From assembly GCF_016127575.1 (NCBI RefSeq), contig NZ_CP066018.1, positions 3,570,001-3,602,000 on the forward strand: 32,000 nt of DNA, given 5' to 3'. Source of the DNA: Cupriavidus necator (GTDB lineage Bacteria; Pseudomonadota; Gammaproteobacteria; Burkholderiales; Burkholderiaceae). A program made the translations under genes and the position numbers. Positions 15,911-26,105 of the stretch are shown here, piece by piece. Under the pieces are notes generated by a model. That model did not search any database. It saw nothing but the letters and a program-made list of their open reading frames with translations, and was not told the DNA's origin. Position 1 is the stretch's first letter. Every line of letters starts with the position of its first letter.

Positions 15911-16237
15911 ATGAACAGTGATCAAATTATCCGCGGCGCGATTGCAGGCATGCTGGCGCTTGGCATTGCCGGCGCTACCTCTCAGGCCATGGCAGCGGCA
16001 GGCAGCAATGAAAAATGCGCGGGCATTGCCAAGGCCGGCAAGAACGACTGTGGCACCAGCAAGAGTTCCTGTGCCGCCACGGCCAAAATGGACCGCGACG
16101 CGGAAGCCTGGATCCTGGTTCCCGCGGGCACTTGCGAAAAGATCGCCGGAGGTCGGCTGCAGACGTCCCAGTTTGCCAAGCCAGGTGGCAAGAGCGGCGA
16201 ACTCAGCCCGGCCGCCAAGGCGGCCCACCCGGCCTGA
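15911..16237 (+). CDS. bufA: DUF2282 Sec-signal Cys-containing peptide (bufferin BufA1/GigP-like RiPP precursor)
   Basis: ATG 15911 lies within track ORF 15809..16237, with a GGAG SD at about -13. The signal peptide is MNSDQIIRGAIAGMLALGIAGATSQAMA. The core is EKCAGIAKAGKNDCGTSKSSCAATAK...WILVPAGTCEKIAGG, with four Cys spaced C-x10-C-x6-C-x20-C. A 27-aa Lys/Ala/Pro-rich tail follows. Confidence 0.8.
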   Translation: MNSDQIIRGAIAGMLALGIAGATSQAMAAAGSNEKCAGIAKAGKNDCGTSKSSCAATAKMDRDAEAWILVPAGTCEKIAGGRLQTSQFAKPGGKSGELSPAAKAAHPA

Positions 16238-16261
16238 GCGGTCCCGAGCCTGCAGCGAAAC

Positions 16262-16286
16262 GCCGTGACACGTGCCGCGTCACGGC
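16262..16286 (+). other. stem-loop GCCGTGAC-(9 nt)-GTCACGGC between precursor and DoxX genes
   Basis: A perfect 8-bp stem read directly, 25 nt after the bufA stop. No U-tract follows, so it is not a canonical intrinsic terminator. Confidence 0.4.
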
Positions 16287-16331
16287 TGACCGGCGTCCCC
16301 AACTCCCTGACCGCTTCGCGAGGTAGCCCAA

Positions 16332-16841
16332 ATGAAATGCACGACCCCCCTGTCGTCCACGCCGCTGGATGTGGCCGACGCAAAGCCTTCGCGCCTCATC
16401 GGAGCCGGGCAGGCGGCGATCCGCCTGCTGGAAATGCTGGCTCCCGTGCTCGATCTCGGCATTCGCGTACTGATCGGCCTGGTGTTCTTCCAGTCCGGGC
16501 TGACCAAGCTCGCCAGCTGGTCCACCACGCTGGCGTTGTTCGAAAGCGAGTACGCCGTGCCGCTGCTGAGCCCGACCCTGGCCGCCTATCTTGGTACCGC
16601 CGCGGAGCTGTGCCTGCCGGTGCTGCTCGTGCTCGGGCTCGGTACGCGGGCAGCCGCGCTGGCCTTGTTCGTCTTCAACATAGTCGCGGTGATCTCGTAT
16701 CCGGGATTGGGCGAGGTTGGCCTGAAGGACCACCAGTACTGGGGGCTCCTGCTGCTGGTCACGCTGCTGCACGGCCCGGGCCGGCTGTCGCTGGACCACC
16801 TGATCGACCGCTTCCTGCTGCGCGGCAAGGGCAGCCATTAG
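16332..16841 (+). CDS. bufD: DoxX-family membrane protein (BufD/GigT-like)
   Basis: 169-aa ORF. IRVLIGLVFFQSGLTKLASW...LFESEYAVPLLSPTLAAYLGTAAELCLPVLLVLGLGTRAAALALFVFN...GPGRLSLDHLI is typical DoxX. Confidence 0.8.
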   Translation: MKCTTPLSSTPLDVADAKPSRLIGAGQAAIRLLEMLAPVLDLGIRVLIGLVFFQSGLTKLASWSTTLALFESEYAVPLLSPTLAAYLGTAAELCLPVLLVLGLGTRAAALALFVFNIVAVISYPGLGEVGLKDHQYWGLLLLVTLLHGPGRLSLDHLIDRFLLRGKGSH

Positions 16842-16882
16842 CTCGAAAGCCCAGGCGGCGTGCCAGGGCGAAAGGAACCGTC

Positions 16883-18310
16883 ATGCTTGCAGAGAACAAC
16901 ATCGTCATCATCGGTGGTGGATTCGCCGGCACCACGCTGGCCCAGGCGCTGGAGAAGCTGCTGCCGACGACTCACCGGCTGATCCTCGTCAGCGACGAAA
17001 GCTACACCACCTTCAACCCGATGCTGGCCGAGGTGGTGGGTGCCTCGGTCTTCCCTGAACACGTGATCGTGCCGATCCGCCAGATGCTCAGGCGCACCCA
17101 GTTCATCATGGGCACCGTGCAGGACGTCAACTACGCCCAGGGCAAGCTGTCCTGCACGACCCTGGCGGGCCTGCGCGAGATTCCCTTCGACCACCTGGTG
17201 TTTGCCTTCGGCACTCGAGCGAATCTCGACCTGGTGCCAGGCATGGCCGAGCACGCCCTGCCCCTGAAGCTTGTGGGTGACGCCCTGTTTATCCGCAACC
17301 GCGTGTTGCGCCAGCTGGCCCGCATGGAACTGGAGTCGGACCCGGTCCTGCGCCGCCGGCTGGGCCATTTCATCGTGGTGGGCGGGGGCTTTTCGGGCGT
17401 GGAGGTTGCCGGGGAACTCGCCGATTATCTTTGCAGCATCCGGCGCTTCTACCCGCGCGTGCAGCGCGAAGAGCTGGCGGTGACGCTGCTCCATGACACC
17501 GGGCAACTGCTTTCCGAGTTGCCCGCCTCGCTTGGCATGGCCGCGGCACGCCATATGGCCGCGCGCGGCATCCGGCTCAGGCTCGGTACCCGGGCCCTCC
17601 GCTTCGAAGCCGACACGGTGGTGCTGGCTGACGGCGAAATGATCGAAGGTGCAACGGTGGTCTGCACCGTCGGCACCAGGCCGAATCCGCTGGTCGCCAC
17701 CCTGGAGCGCAATCTCGCACTAGCCACCCGGCGCGGACGCATCGAGACCAACCCGGATATGTCGGTGCGCGGCATGCCCGGACTGTGGGCCATCGGCGAT
17801 TGCGCACGGGTGGCCAACGCCGCCACCGACGAGGATTCGCTGCCAACCGCGCAGTTCGCCGTGGCTCAGGCGCGCCAGCTTGCCCATAACCTCGCCGGCC
17901 ACCTGGAACAGCGTGAAAGCAAACCGTTTTCGTACCAGAGCAAGGGCGCGATGGCCAGCATCGGGCATATGAAGGGCGTTGCCCAGGTGTATGGCTTCAG
18001 CTTCTCGGGCTTGCCGGCCTGGCTGGCCTGGCGTGCGCTGTACCTGATGCGCATGCCGACGCTCGGGCGCAAGCTGCGCCTCTGGGCGGAATGGACGTTG
18101 TCCATGTTCTTCCCGACTGACATCACCCACCTGCGCTTTACACGCACCAGCGAGGCAGACGAATCGCCACCCGATGGGCTGCCACCCCACCGCCCACAAG
18201 CGCCGGGTGCATCGGCAACCCGCATTGCAACGCATGACTTTTCCGGGATACCGCGGACGCCCTACGCCACCCCCGCCGCCCCCACGCTAACAGGAGATCA
18301 ACATGCTTGA
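16883..18310 (+). CDS. ndh: type II NADH:quinone oxidoreductase (NDH-2, FAD-dependent pyridine nucleotide-disulfide oxidoreductase)
   Basis: Internal ATG 16883 of track ORF 16265..18310, with SD GAAAGGAA. Motifs are IVIIGGGFAGTTLA, FIVVGGGFSGVEVAGEL and LWAIGDCA, plus a membrane-associating C-terminus. The upstream 206 codons of the track ORF overlap DoxX and are rejected. Confidence 0.8.
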   Translation: MLAENNIVIIGGGFAGTTLAQALEKLLPTTHRLILVSDESYTTFNPMLAEVVGASVFPEHVIVPIRQMLRRTQFIMGTVQDVNYAQGKLSCTTLAGLREIPFDHLVFAFGTRANLDLVPGMAEHALPLKLVGDALFIRNRVLRQLARMELESDPVLRRRLGHFIVVGGGFSGVEVAGELADYLCSIRRFYPRVQREELAVTLLHDTGQLLSELPASLGMAAARHMAARGIRLRLGTRALRFEADTVVLADGEMIEGATVVCTVGTRPNPLVATLERNLALATRRGRIETNPDMSVRGMPGLWAIGDCARVANAATDEDSLPTAQFAVAQARQLAHNLAGHLEQRESKPFSYQSKGAMASIGHMKGVAQVYGFSFSGLPAWLAWRALYLMRMPTLGRKLRLWAEWTLSMFFPTDITHLRFTRTSEADESPPDGLPPHRPQAPGASATRIATHDFSGIPRTPYATPAAPTLTGDQHA

Positions 18311-19085
18311 AGGAAAATCAGCCATCGTTACCGGCTCCAGCAGCGGTATCGGGCTTGGCATTGCGCGCGCCTTTGCCGCCCATGGCGCCGATGTACTGCT
18401 GAACGGCTTCGGCGATGCCGAGCAAATTGAAGCCACGCGTGCAGGGCTGGAGGGCGAGTATGGCGTGCGCGTGCGCTATTCGCCGGCGGATATGAGCCAA
18501 CCTTGCCAGGTTCGCGAAATGGCCGAATTTGCTGCATCCGAGTTCGGCAAGGTTGACGTCATCGTGAATAACGCGGGCATCCAGCATGTTGCCCCGACCG
18601 AAGAGATGCCGGACGACAAGTGGGACGCCATCGTTGCCATCAACCTGTCCTCGGCGTTCCACCTGATCAAGGCCGTCCTGCCCGGCATGAAGGCCAGGCG
18701 CTGGGGCCGCATCATCAATATCGCCTCCGCCCATGGCCTGGTGGCTTCGCCGTTCAAGGCGCCCTATGTCGCCGCCAAGCACGGGCTGATCGGCCTGTCC
18801 AAGGCTGTGGCGCTGGAGACGGCCGAGTTTGGCATTACCAGCAATACGATCTGCCCCGGCTATGTCAAGACGCCGCTGGTGGAACAGCAGATCGCCGACC
18901 AGGCGCGCGCGCACCGGATCTCGCCCGCCGACGTCGTGCGCGATGTCCTGCTGGTGCACCAGGCGCGCAAGGAGTTCGTGCGGATTGACGAACTTGCTGT
19001 CCTGGCCCTGTTCTTGGCCTCGGACAATTCAGCCTCGATGACCGCCACTGCGCTCGCAATGGATGGTGGCTGGACCCAGCACTGA
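18303..19085 (+). CDS. bdhA: 3-hydroxybutyrate dehydrogenase (SDR family)
   Basis: 260-aa ORF with SD AGGAG and an 8-nt overlap with ndh. Motifs are TGSSSGIGLGIA, NNAGIQHVAP, ASAHGLVASPFKAPYVAAKHG and ICPGYVKTPLVEQQI, ending GGWTQH. This is the classic D-beta-hydroxybutyrate dehydrogenase pattern. Confidence 0.8.
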   Translation: MLEGKSAIVTGSSSGIGLGIARAFAAHGADVLLNGFGDAEQIEATRAGLEGEYGVRVRYSPADMSQPCQVREMAEFAASEFGKVDVIVNNAGIQHVAPTEEMPDDKWDAIVAINLSSAFHLIKAVLPGMKARRWGRIINIASAHGLVASPFKAPYVAAKHGLIGLSKAVALETAEFGITSNTICPGYVKTPLVEQQIADQARAHRISPADVVRDVLLVHQARKEFVRIDELAVLALFLASDNSASMTATALAMDGGWTQH

Positions 19086-19094
19086 GGGCGAGCC

Positions 19095-20156
19095 ATGTCG
19101 ACCAATCCTGGAACGCGAGATGCCGGAGAAACCGGCCAAGCCGTGAAGCCGATCACGCTGGCGCTGCAAGGCGGGGGTGCCCATGGTGCCTTTGCCTGGG
19201 GCGTGCTGGACCGCCTGCTCGAAGACGGCCGGCTTGCAATCGAGGGCGTCAGCGCCACCAGCGCCGGCGCGATGAATGCCGCGGTGCTCGCGTACGGCCT
19301 GCTCCAGGGCGGGCCGCCACGCGCCCGCACCGCCCTGCACGACTTCTGGCGCGACGTTGCCAACGCCGCGCGCGCCAGCAACCCGTTCCGCAAGCTGCCA
19401 TGGGAGACCTTGCTGCACAACGGCTACGGGCTCGATTACTCGCCGATGTACCTGCTGACGGACATGATGCTGCGTGTGCTGTCGCCCTACCAGTTCAACC
19501 CGCTCAACTTCAACCCGCTGCGCGACGTGCTGGCCCGCCATGTCGACTTTGACGCGCTTAACCAGCACTGCCCGATCCACCTTTACCTGTGTGCGACCAA
19601 TGTCGAGACCGGCAAGGTACGCGTGTTCTCGCGCGACGACATCAGCCTGAAGGCTGTGCTGGCTTCTGCCTGCCTGCCGTTCCTGTTCCAGGCGGTGGAA
19701 ATTGGCGGCGAACACTACTGGGACGGCGGCTATGTCGGCAACCCCGCCATTTTCCCGTTGATCTACAACTGTGGCGCGCGGGATGTGGTGATCGTCCATA
19801 TCAATCCTATCGTGCGCAAGGGTGTGCCGAAGACCGCCGCGGAGATCCTCAATCGCATCAACGAGGTCAGCTTCAACTCCTCGTTGATCCGCGAACTGCG
19901 CGCCATCAGCTTCGTCACCAGGCTCATCCAGGATGGCAAGGTCAACCGCGGGGAAATGAAGGAGATGCTGATCCACTCGATCCGCTCGGACCAGACCATG
20001 ATGGCGCTCGGCGTCTCCAGCAAGCTCAATGCCGACTGGGACTTCCTTTGCTATCTGCGCGATCAGGGCCGGGACGAGGCCGGGCGCTGGTTGCAGCAGA
20101 ACTACAGCGCAATCGGTGAACGGTGCAGCGTCGACTTGCACCAGGAATTTCTTTGA
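19095..20156 (+). CDS. patatin-like phospholipase family protein
   Basis: 353-aa ORF. LALQGGGAHGAFAWGVLDRLLED is the oxyanion GGG(x)xG motif, GVSATSAGAMNA is the G-x-S-x-G nucleophile, and YWDGGYVGNPA is the catalytic Asp DGG motif. Confidence 0.8.
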   Translation: MSTNPGTRDAGETGQAVKPITLALQGGGAHGAFAWGVLDRLLEDGRLAIEGVSATSAGAMNAAVLAYGLLQGGPPRARTALHDFWRDVANAARASNPFRKLPWETLLHNGYGLDYSPMYLLTDMMLRVLSPYQFNPLNFNPLRDVLARHVDFDALNQHCPIHLYLCATNVETGKVRVFSRDDISLKAVLASACLPFLFQAVEIGGEHYWDGGYVGNPAIFPLIYNCGARDVVIVHINPIVRKGVPKTAAEILNRINEVSFNSSLIRELRAISFVTRLIQDGKVNRGEMKEMLIHSIRSDQTMMALGVSSKLNADWDFLCYLRDQGRDEAGRWLQQNYSAIGERCSVDLHQEFL

Positions 20157-20218
20157 TCCACCACGTAGCGCCACCGAAGCGGTCGGCGCGGATTCCTCAA
20201 CCCACGGAGTTTAGGACC

Positions 20219-20725
20219 ATGACTACCACCAAGCAAGCCGTACCCGTCTGGCATCGCGCGATGCGCGGCGCGATCGTCACCGTCACCCTGTCCCTCGTCT
20301 CAGTGATGGCCTACGCCGGCCAGTGCCCCGCCGACAAGCGCGTCGCGGATGGCCAGGGGCAGCGGCCTGGCGCGACAGAACCCAAGGGCGTCACCGATAC
20401 AGTGCGCGCCTCGACCGACCTTTCGAAGGAGCCGGCAGCCGTAGCGGGACGCCTGCTGCGGCTGCGCCAGCTCGACGTGCAGCCCGGTGGCATCGTGCCA
20501 TGGCACAGCCACAACAACCGCCCGGCAATCATCTATATCGTCTCCGGCGAGATCGTGGAGTATGCGAGCAACTGCGCGGTTCCGATCGTACACCGCGCCG
20601 GCGACGTGACCGCGGAGAGGAACGGGACTTCCCACTGGTGGAAGAATGAAGGCGGCAGCCCCGCAGTCTTGCTGTCGTCCGATCTCTTCCCGGTCGAAAT
20701 GAAGATGGACCCGCATACTATGTGA
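20219..20725 (+). CDS. exported cupin-domain protein
   Basis: ATG 20219 lies within track ORF 20123..20725, with a GGAG SD. The hydrophobic N-terminus is AIVTVTLSLVSVMAYA. The cupin core is VQPGGIVPWHSHNNRPAIIYIVSGEIVEY...GDVTAERNGTSHWWKNEG. Confidence 0.7.
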   Translation: MTTTKQAVPVWHRAMRGAIVTVTLSLVSVMAYAGQCPADKRVADGQGQRPGATEPKGVTDTVRASTDLSKEPAAVAGRLLRLRQLDVQPGGIVPWHSHNNRPAIIYIVSGEIVEYASNCAVPIVHRAGDVTAERNGTSHWWKNEGGSPAVLLSSDLFPVEMKMDPHTM

Positions 20726-20772
20726 ACAGTTGCGGGGACGGCTACCTGCGCATGCCCGAGGATGATGCGCCC

Positions 20773-21789
20773 ATGAAACTCATGCTGCTGAGTCTGTCCT
20801 TTGCGGGCGCCCTGCTTTGCGCCGCCGTGATGGGATTCGCCATCCAGCGCGGCGCAACCTGTGCGGTCGCCGCGGTCAGCGAGATCACGTCATCGCGCAG
20901 TTGCTCGCACCTCCGTGCCATGGCAGAAGCGTCGCTGTACGTGTGTGGCGGACTGCTGATCGCGCAGCGGTTGCATCTGCTTCCGGCCATGCCGTCCGGC
21001 TATCCGGTCGATGGCCTGACCGTCCTGGGAGGCGCCCTGCTCGGGCTGGGCGCCTTCATCAATGGCGCATGCGTATTCGGCGCCATCGCCCGGCTGGGCA
21101 GCGGGCAATGGGCGTATGCTGCCACACCCCTCGGATACTACGCAGGCTGCGTGGGGCTGCTTGCGCTGTGGCCGCAAGCCGAGCGCCCGGCGCTCTCAGC
21201 CACCTCGCCGGTATGGGGTGCTGCGCCGCTGCTGACAGTGCTTTTCCTTCTGTTCGTCGGATGGCGGCTGCTCCGTCTGTGGCAGCGGGCGCGACGCCAT
21301 GGCGCTCCTGCACCCTTGGAGCAAACGTGGCATGCACGCGTTGCCGCCCGGATCTGGTCACCGCACCATGCCACCACGGTGATCGGTGTCACCTTCTTGC
21401 TGCTCCTGTTGCTGGCAGGCGCGTGGTCATACACCGAGGTGCTGGCCGAACTGGCACGTGGCAGCGCTGCCATGCTGCCGGCACGGGCATTGCTGTCGCT
21501 GGGGCTGCTCGCTGGTGCCATCCTCGGCGGGATGAGCGCTGGCCGCCGCGAAGGTCCCGCGACTTCCAGTGCGCAGTGTCTCCGGTGCTTCACAGGCGGT
21601 GCCATCATGGGCTGGGGCGGCATGCTGATTCCGGGCGGCAACGATGGACTGCTGCTGGTCGGCATGCCCCTGCTGTGGCCGTATGCATGGGTCGCATTCG
21701 GCACGATGTGCGTCACCATCGCGCTCGCGCAATGGCTTCAGCGTCGGCTTGGCCAGACCGCTACGACTCCGGGCGCCCCGCAATCCTAG
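20773..21789 (+). CDS. YeeE/YedE-family (sulfur-compound transport-like) polytopic membrane protein
   Basis: ATG 20773 is preferred (GAGGATGA SD). Alternative starts are GTG 20722 (overlapping the cupin stop) and ATG 20752. Motifs are GFAIQRGATCAV, FINGACVFGA and GMLIPGGNDGLL, with many hydrophobic helices. Confidence 0.65.
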   Translation: MKLMLLSLSFAGALLCAAVMGFAIQRGATCAVAAVSEITSSRSCSHLRAMAEASLYVCGGLLIAQRLHLLPAMPSGYPVDGLTVLGGALLGLGAFINGACVFGAIARLGSGQWAYAATPLGYYAGCVGLLALWPQAERPALSATSPVWGAAPLLTVLFLLFVGWRLLRLWQRARRHGAPAPLEQTWHARVAARIWSPHHATTVIGVTFLLLLLLAGAWSYTEVLAELARGSAAMLPARALLSLGLLAGAILGGMSAGRREGPATSSAQCLRCFTGGAIMGWGGMLIPGGNDGLLLVGMPLLWPYAWVAFGTMCVTIALAQWLQRRLGQTATTPGAPQS

Positions 21790-21843
21790 GCAAGACTAGC
21801 AGGACCAGTCGTGTTGCACTGCTGACAGTCTGAAGGAGTAAGC

Positions 21844-22131
21844 ATGAGCCACCGTATCGGGAACGCGCTGGTGATCGCGACCGCGCTCGCTGCCGTCGGG
21901 CTTGCGATCAAGCAGAACACGCATCTGCTGGCCAGTTCCCCGGCACACTTTGCCCTGGACCGTGAACGGTGCTTCGGCGTAGCCAGGGCAGGCAGGAACG
22001 ACTGCGGCACCGCGCTGCACGCTTGCGCGGGCCGCGCCCGCCACGACGCCGCCGGCGATGAATGGCTGATGCTGCCCGCCGGCACCTGCGCCCGGATCGC
22101 GGGTGGCAGCCTCAGGTCTGCCGCACCCTGA
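21844..22131 (+). CDS. bufA: second DUF2282 Sec-signal Cys-containing peptide (orphan bufA-like precursor)
   Basis: 95-aa ORF with a strong SD (AAGGAG). The hydrophobic N-terminus is ALVIATALAAVGLA. The core ERCFGVARAGRNDCGTALHACAGRARHD...WLMLPAGTCARIAGG has the same C-x10-C-x6-C-x20-C spacing as the copy at 15911. Confidence 0.75.
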   Translation: MSHRIGNALVIATALAAVGLAIKQNTHLLASSPAHFALDRERCFGVARAGRNDCGTALHACAGRARHDAAGDEWLMLPAGTCARIAGGSLRSAAP

Positions 22132-22153
22132 GCGGTGGCTGCGGGACCGCGCG

Positions 22154-23584
22154 ATGAAAGAGGAAGGACAGACACTGACGGCACCGCACCGGCAGAAGTC
22201 GGAACGTATTGCGGCAAGCATGGCACGGAAAATCGCTGCGGGGCTAGCAGCGAAGCTCGCCGCGTTGGGCCAGGGCATGCAGTTGCCGCCACGAGTACGG
22301 CGGGAGCTGGAGCGTGAACAGTATCTGAGCGAGTTGCTGGTGACCTCACTGCAACTGCTGGTGCTGCTCCTGTTCGCGGTCCTTTATCTCGGAACGCCCC
22401 CGGGCTTTTCACCCGACGCGCCCGTACGCGCGGTACCGCTCGGCATCTCGCTGTTCGCGGTGCTGGCGTTGGTCCGGCTCTACCTTGCCATGACCCGGCA
22501 ACTGGCCAACTGGATGGTGGGACTGAGCGTGGTGGCCGAAATGGCAGTCCTGATCTTCGTCATCTGGGCCTACCACCTGCAGTACGAGCAGCCAGCCCAG
22601 ATGTACCTGAAAACCACCGAATTCGCCTATATCTTCGGCTTAATCGCCTTGCGTGCCCTGCGCTTCGAACCGCTCTGGGTGGCGCTGTCGGGCCTCACAG
22701 CGACCTTGGGCTGGCTGCTGTTGCTGCACTACGCGCTGACACACGCGAGCGGCAACCCTGTCACCTGGGACTATGTCACCGCATTGCGCTCGACCCAGAT
22801 CCACTACGGAGCGGAGTTCGACAAGCTGCTTTCCATCCTGATCGTCAGCGCCACGCTGGCATTGGCCCTGGCCAGGGCGCGCGGCTTTGTGGTCAAGGCC
22901 GTCAAGGGCCAACTGGCGGTCGCGGACCTGTCGCTATTCTTTGACGATTCCGTGGCCCATCGCATCACCGACTCCGAAGCAAGCGTCATGGTCGGCCACG
23001 CCGAGCTGCGCGAGGCGTCGGTCGTGTTCCTCGACATGCGCGGCTTCACTCAGGCGTCTGCCATGCTGCAGCCCTCCGCACTGATCCAATTACTGGGCGA
23101 ATACCAAAGCCTGGTTGTGCCGATTGTCAAAGCGCATGGCGGCAGCATAGACAAATTCATGGGCGACGGCATCCTTGCCAGCTTTGGCGCCGTCACTGCC
23201 GACGATTGCCATGCGGCAAATGCCTTGCGTGCCATCGATGCCATCCTGGAAGCGGTTGACCAATGGCGGGTTCGGCGGCAGTCCAGCGGTCAGCCTGCAC
23301 CTGACGTTGGCGCTGGGATGGCAAGCGGGCCGGTGCTGTTCGGCATACTCGGGCATGGCAGCCGCCTTGAGTACACGGTGATTGGTGACACGGTCAATCT
23401 TGCGGCCAAGCTTGAGAAGCAGAACAAGATCCAGGGGACGCGAGGCCTCACCACGCGAGCCAGCTATCAGCGGGCTCGCGTGCAGGGCTATCTTGGCGAG
23501 AAGCACGTCCTTCCCCAGCAGTCTGTAGGCGGCGTAAGCGGCACGATGCAGCTGGTGGCCCTGGCACTTTCATCGGATGCCTAA
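22154..23584 (+). CDS. membrane-bound class III adenylate/guanylate cyclase
   Basis: ATG 22154 lies within track ORF 22103..23584. The N-terminal half is multi-pass hydrophobic. The catalytic domain motifs are VVFLDMRGFT, KFMGDGILASFG and YTVIGDTVNLAAKLE. Confidence 0.8.
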   Translation: MKEEGQTLTAPHRQKSERIAASMARKIAAGLAAKLAALGQGMQLPPRVRRELEREQYLSELLVTSLQLLVLLLFAVLYLGTPPGFSPDAPVRAVPLGISLFAVLALVRLYLAMTRQLANWMVGLSVVAEMAVLIFVIWAYHLQYEQPAQMYLKTTEFAYIFGLIALRALRFEPLWVALSGLTATLGWLLLLHYALTHASGNPVTWDYVTALRSTQIHYGAEFDKLLSILIVSATLALALARARGFVVKAVKGQLAVADLSLFFDDSVAHRITDSEASVMVGHAELREASVVFLDMRGFTQASAMLQPSALIQLLGEYQSLVVPIVKAHGGSIDKFMGDGILASFGAVTADDCHAANALRAIDAILEAVDQWRVRRQSSGQPAPDVGAGMASGPVLFGILGHGSRLEYTVIGDTVNLAAKLEKQNKIQGTRGLTTRASYQRARVQGYLGEKHVLPQQSVGGVSGTMQLVALALSSDA

Positions 23585-23708
23585 TTGATTTGTAGTGTCC
23601 TGCTGTATGTCAGCGCTGGCAACTCTTGCCGCGTGGCATTCACTTTCATGAACTCTCGGTGATCCCCCGTTGGCAGCCAGTGGCGATCACCATTTATCTC
23701 GACAAAGG

Positions 23709-26088
<2,380 letters not shown>

Positions 26089-26105
26089 GGGAATTCCTCC
26101 GGGGA

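Noticed and set aside
16265-16882. N-terminal 206 codons of the 681-aa track ORF preceding the NDH-2 domain
   Set aside because: This stretch overlaps the DoxX gene in another frame and is Arg/Pro/Ala-rich. The Rossmann motif begins right after the internal ATG at 16883, which has its own SD.
22103-22153. Upstream start (22103) for the cyclase, overlapping the end of bufA2
   Set aside because: The extension (MAASGLPHPERWLRDRA) overlaps the DUF2282 ORF. ATG 22154 gives a non-overlapping gene, so the shorter model is preferred, although neither start has a strong SD.
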